Positions 37,546 through 41,215 of a stretch of DNA of 41,215 nt are shown here, one piece after another. Source of the DNA: Chiloscyllium plagiosum. Its lineage: Eukaryota. Under the pieces are notes generated by a model. It ran no database searches. It was given only the letters and a program-made list of their open reading frames with translations, and was not told where the DNA came from. Position 1 is the first letter of the stretch. Every line of letters starts with the position of its first letter. Location of the stretch: NCBI RefSeq assembly GCF_004010195.1, contig NC_057751.1:13777418-13818632 (forward strand), written 5' to 3'. The translations under genes and the position numbers were made by a program.

Positions 37546-37936
37546 TAGAGTGGTGCTGGAACCGCACAACAGGTCAGGCAGCATCCCAGGAGCAGGAAAA
37601 TCGATGTTTTAGGCAGGAGCCCTTCATCAAGAACCCTCTGCAAATCCTGTTGCAAGGATGCCTACCTTGAAGAGATTATTTTAACCCTACTGCGAATCCT
37701 CTTGCAAGGTTGCCTACCTTGAAGAAGTTCTGCTTATCTCTCTCCACCAGCACCACGCTAATCTTGACTCTAATCTCCAGCATCAGCAGTCCTCACTTTT
37801 GCCTGATTCCTGATGAAAGGCTCCTGCCCGAAACGTCAATTTTCCTGCTCCTTGGATGCTGCCTGACCTGTTCTTTTCCAGCACCACTCTAATCTTGATT
37901 CTAATCTCCAGCGTCTGCAGTCCACACTTTCGCCTG
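37546..37936 (+). mobile_element. Non-coding Penelope-like element: inverted 5' copy plus partial tandem terminus
   Basis: Exact 12-bp TSD tattcacaggat (37534-37545 / 37937-37948); ~37543-37633 inverted relative to ~37807-37895; hammerhead core CTGATGA..GAAACGTC at 37810-37837. Confidence 0.8.
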
Positions 37937-38209
37937 TATTCACAGGATGTCACACATTGCAAGATCCACATACCCAAGTGTAGTATGATCGGGAAAAGCA
38001 ATTTGAGTCCCCATATTCTTCATGAAATAAATACACTGAGCTCAATGTTCTTTGCTAATGCTCTCTCTTACATCTTCAGTTGCGTTAAATGATCTTTCAC
38101 CTATGAAACAAATTTCATTGCTCAGACCTTTGAGTACAGGAGTTGGGACGTCATGTTGTGGTTGTACAATACATTGGTGAGACCTCGTCTGGAGTACTGT
38201 GTCCAGTTC

Positions 38210-38748
38210 CACCTCCAAACGGACCCCACCACCAGGGATATATTTCCCTCCCTTCCCCTATCAGCGTTCCGAAAAGACCACTCCCTTTGTGACTCCCTCG
38301 TCAGGTCCACACCCCCCACCAACCCAACCTCCACNNNNNNNNNNNNNNNNNNNNNNNNNNNNNNNNNNNNNNNNNNNNNNNNNNNNNNNNNNNNNNNNNN
38401 NNNNNNNNNNNNNNNNNNNNNNNNNNNNNNNNNNNNNNNNNNNNNNNNNNNNNNNNNNNNNNNNNNNNCTTGTCTCAGTCCCAACCCTCAAACTCAGCAC
38501 CACCTTCCTAACCTGCAATCTCCTTCCTGATCTCTCCACCCCCACCCCCACTCTGGCCTATCACCCTCACCTTAACCTCCTTCCACCTATCGCATTTCCA
38601 ACGCCCCTCCCCCAAGTCCCTCCTCCCTACCTTTTATCTTAGCTTGCTTTCCTCATTCCTGAAGAAGGGCTCATGCCCGAAAAGTCAATTCTCCTGCTCC
38701 TTGGATGCTGCCTGACCTGCTGCACTTTTCCAGCAACACATTTACAGC
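38210..38748 (+). mobile_element. Penelope-like element fragment (contains N-gap)
   Basis: HLQTDPTTRDIFPSLPLSAFRKDHSLCDSLVRS (Penelope RT/GIY-YIG linker); TSD tccagttc (38202-38209 / 38749-38756); hammerhead-like CTGAAGAagggctcatgcccGAAA at 38659-38682. Confidence 0.8.
38335..38468. other. Assembly gap (N run)
   Basis: Run of N. Confidence 0.99.
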
Positions 38749-39301
38749 TCCAGTTCTGAACACCCAATTACAGGAAAAATATTATTAAGCTGAAGAGAGT
38801 TCAGAAGAGATTTACCAGGATGTTGTCAGGTGTGAAAGGCTTGAAGGCTTGACAGGTTAGGACTTTTTTCACTGAAGCATCGGAAGTTAAGAGGTGACCT
38901 GATCGAGGTTTATAAAATAGTGAGGGGTATAGATAGAGTGAATGGCAGTTGTCTTTTCCCTCAGATGGGGGATTTCAAGACCGGGGTGCATTTTAAAGGT
39001 GAGAGGACATAAATTGAGAAAAGGCATGCGGGACAAATTTTTACAGAGGGGGTTCGTGTGTGGAATGAACTTTGTGAGAAAGTGGTGGATGTGGGTAGAA
39101 TTGCAAACATTTAAAAGACATTTTGAAAAGTACATGAACAGGAAAGGTTTGAAGGGATATGGGCCAGGAGCAGGCAGGTGGGAGTGGTTTAGTTTGGGAT
39201 TATGTTTGGCACAGACTTGTTGGACAGAAGTGTCTGTTTCAGTGCTACATGACTCTGAGACTCTATGAAGGGTTGTGTGGGACACTGAAAAGTGAAGCAA
39301 G

Positions 39302-40020
39302 GAATTGAATTGAATTTATTGTCAAGTGCACCGAGGCACAGTGAAAAGCTTTGTCTTGCAAGTAATACAGGCCGATCACAGAGTTAAGTGGCACAGGTAA
39401 GTAAATAATATGTAAACAGTAGCAAAACAAAAACACAGGTACAGGTGAATGTTAAGAGTTTGTGAGTGCTTTCAGTATTCCACCAACAGTAGGGTAGAAA
39501 CTGTTACGAAACCAACTGGTGTGTGTGTTCAGACTTCTGTACCTTCTCCTTGATGGTAAAGGTTGCAGAAAAACATTGCCAGGATGGGATGGATCTTTGA
39601 GAATGCTGGCAGCCTTTCCTTGACAGTGGGCCTGGTAGATGGATTCTATAGATGGTAGGGTAGAAACTGTTACGAAACCAACTGGTGTGTGTGTGTTCAG
39701 ACTTCTGTACCTTCTCCTTGATGGTAGAGGTTGCAGAAAAACTTTGCCAGGATGGGATGGATCTTTGAGAATGCTGGCGGCCTTTCCTTGACAGTGGGCC
39801 TGGTAGATGGATTCCATAGATGGGAGGTTGGCCTTTGTGATTGTCCGGGCCGAGTTCACCACTCTCTGTAACCGTCTCTGATCTTGAATGGTACAGTTGC
39901 CAGACCAGGTAGTTATACATCCAGACAGAATGTTCTCAATGGGACACCTATAAAAGTTGGCAAGGGTATTTGCCATCATGCCAAATTTCCTCAGCTGCCT
40001 TGTCAAGGAAGAAAAGCTGT
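39302..40020 (-). mobile_element. Rex1/Babar-like LINE 3' fragment with internal tandem duplication
   Basis: RQLRKFGM..LANFYRCPIENILSGCITTWSGNC; same family as 25056-25545; duplicated block 39490-39655 / 39656-39823. Confidence 0.85.
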
Positions 40021-40570
40021 CTTTGCTTATCATAGGTATTTCAAAGTCCTCAAAATACAATCATCAGGTCAGTGATAAGCAGGAAGAAAGGGGAGAAAGG
40101 TGCAAGCAATTTCCTGGAAGCAATCAGTGACCCCTCCATTATTCACAATGTAAATTATAATGAGAGGAAATGCTATTTTAGATCATGTCTTGCATTCCAG
40201 CAGAACACAACATTCACTCAGAAGTGTGTAATTCTCAGTTCTAGGGAACAGATTTTATTTGTTTTGAATGATAGCTGGAGAAATGGAAGGTTTGAACAAG
40301 GCATGGAGTGCAGAAAGTTCGCCACATGACTTTTTGGAGCTCAGAGTTTGAAATAGAACTGCGTTGCACTTACTGTTTACAGAAGGTCAAGTGACCTTTG
40401 GAAAAGCCGAGCTGTTTCGAGACAGATAAGATGGATAGGTTGGGATGTTTTTTACTTCTATTCAACAGGCAGGAGCAGCATTGCAGGTTGCCTGGCAACA
40501 ACATTTGGATTCAACAAGCTGGGGAGTGGTGTACTTGAAAAGAGACCTCCAAAAGACCTGTAGCAAAGAC
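40021..40570 (+). mobile_element. Old CR1 endonuclease-region fossil
   Basis: GASNFLEAISDPSIIHNV and, frameshifted, GNAILDHVL (cf. FLECI.D.FL.Q.V..PTRG.AILDLVL). Confidence 0.55.
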
Positions 40571-40575
40571 ATCTC

Positions 40576-40807
40576 TGCAGTAATTGTAATAAGGTCAGCC
40601 AGGTGGAACACAAAGAATATGAGTTCCCCAATTGGGGCTGTAACTCTGGTCCAAACAGGGAGCCCTGGCTGACAGCTAGAAACAAGAGTGTCAGAGGTTC
40701 TGTTCACTCTGAAAGCTGGCTTTGAGCAGGCAGGGTCAGTGTCAAGTCCTTTGCATATAAAAATAAAGAGTTACTTGGTGACAGGAGACCAGCATCTGTG
40801 GAGTTAT
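40576..40807 (+). mobile_element. Solo LTR of the same Gypsy family
   Basis: Colinear with the reverse complement of 3390-3608 (attgtaat.aggtcagc..gaatatgagttccc..ctggctgacag..aataaag..acttggtgacagga). Confidence 0.8.
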
Positions 40808-40850
40808 AGAACCCCTTAGAGCTGTGGAGAGAATTGTAAGGAAGTAGTAC

Positions 40851-40860
40851 TCTGTCTCAC

Positions 40861-40903
<43 letters not shown>

Positions 40904-40918
40904 ATCTATCTCTCTGTC
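40851..40918. repeat. Compound (CTGT)n(CT)n microsatellite
   Basis: Directly visible. Confidence 0.9.
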
Positions 40919-40989
40919 CTGCTCTGTGTGACTAAAAGACAATACTCATTGTCTCTGAAAGCTGACTTTGAAACTCAACAAAAGACATA

Positions 40990-41215
40990 TAGTCATAGAG
41001 TCATAGAGATGTACAGCACGGAAACAGACCCTTCGGTCCAACCAGTCCATGCCGACCAGATATCCCAACCTAATCTGGTCCCAACTGCCAGCACCCAGCC
41101 CATTTCCCTCCAAACCCTTCCTATTCATATACCCATCCAAATGCCTCTTAAATGTTGCAATCGTACCAGCCTCCACCACATCCTCTGGCAGCTCATTCCA
41201 TACACATACCACCCT
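40990..41215 (-). mobile_element. CR1-clade LINE 3' end, same family as 1-238
   Basis: VCVWNELPEDVVEAGTIATFKRHLDGYMNRKG; tcatagag tandem tail. Confidence 0.9.

Larger units (their letters stand above)
38115..39268 (+). mobile_element. CR1 3' fragment interrupted by a Penelope-like element
   Basis: LYNTLVRPRLEYCVQF then, after the insertion, LRGDLIEVYKIVRGIDRV..FKRHFEKYMNRKG; tail gactctgagactctatga. Confidence 0.88.

Noticed and set aside
39452..40060. 202-aa ORF as a possible host gene
   Set aside because: It is a Rex1/Babar-like ORF C-terminus lengthened by an internal tandem duplication
1..41215. CRISPR array, prokaryotic operon or intact viral gene cassette
   Set aside because: No regularly spaced repeat-spacer array and no dense intact ORFs; content is typical vertebrate retroelement-rich DNA. 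The inverted similarity between the two window ends is just two copies of an abundant CR1 family

Overview
Gene-poor, repeat-dense vertebrate genomic DNA, most likely from a cartilaginous fish (inferred from HE1-like V-SINEs and CR1/HER1-like LINE tails), with two N-gaps. I found no convincing host protein-coding exon; the long ORFs in the track are transposon-derived or spurious. Main contents: a near full-length but disrupted L1 with target-site duplication (4951-10597, +); a decayed Gypsy LTR retrotransposon carrying five nested insertions (24023-30010, -) plus two solo LTRs of the same family; an ERV-type solo LTR (19103-19820, -); several Penelope-like elements, including a GIY-YIG-coding piece; CR1, Rex1/Babar-like and SINE copies; and several barely recognisable LINE RT/EN fossils. 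The most notable signals are (i) minimal hammerhead-ribozyme motifs in the Penelope-like termini, with compensatory stem I changes between copies and short fold-back non-coding derivatives flanked by TSDs, and (ii) a ~98% identical 295-bp inverted duplication (15284-15578 / 16209-16503) around an orphan L1-like 5' end. Hammerheads in Penelope-like elements are a known phenomenon, so I cannot claim a new system from sequence alone. All alignments and coordinates were read by eye.
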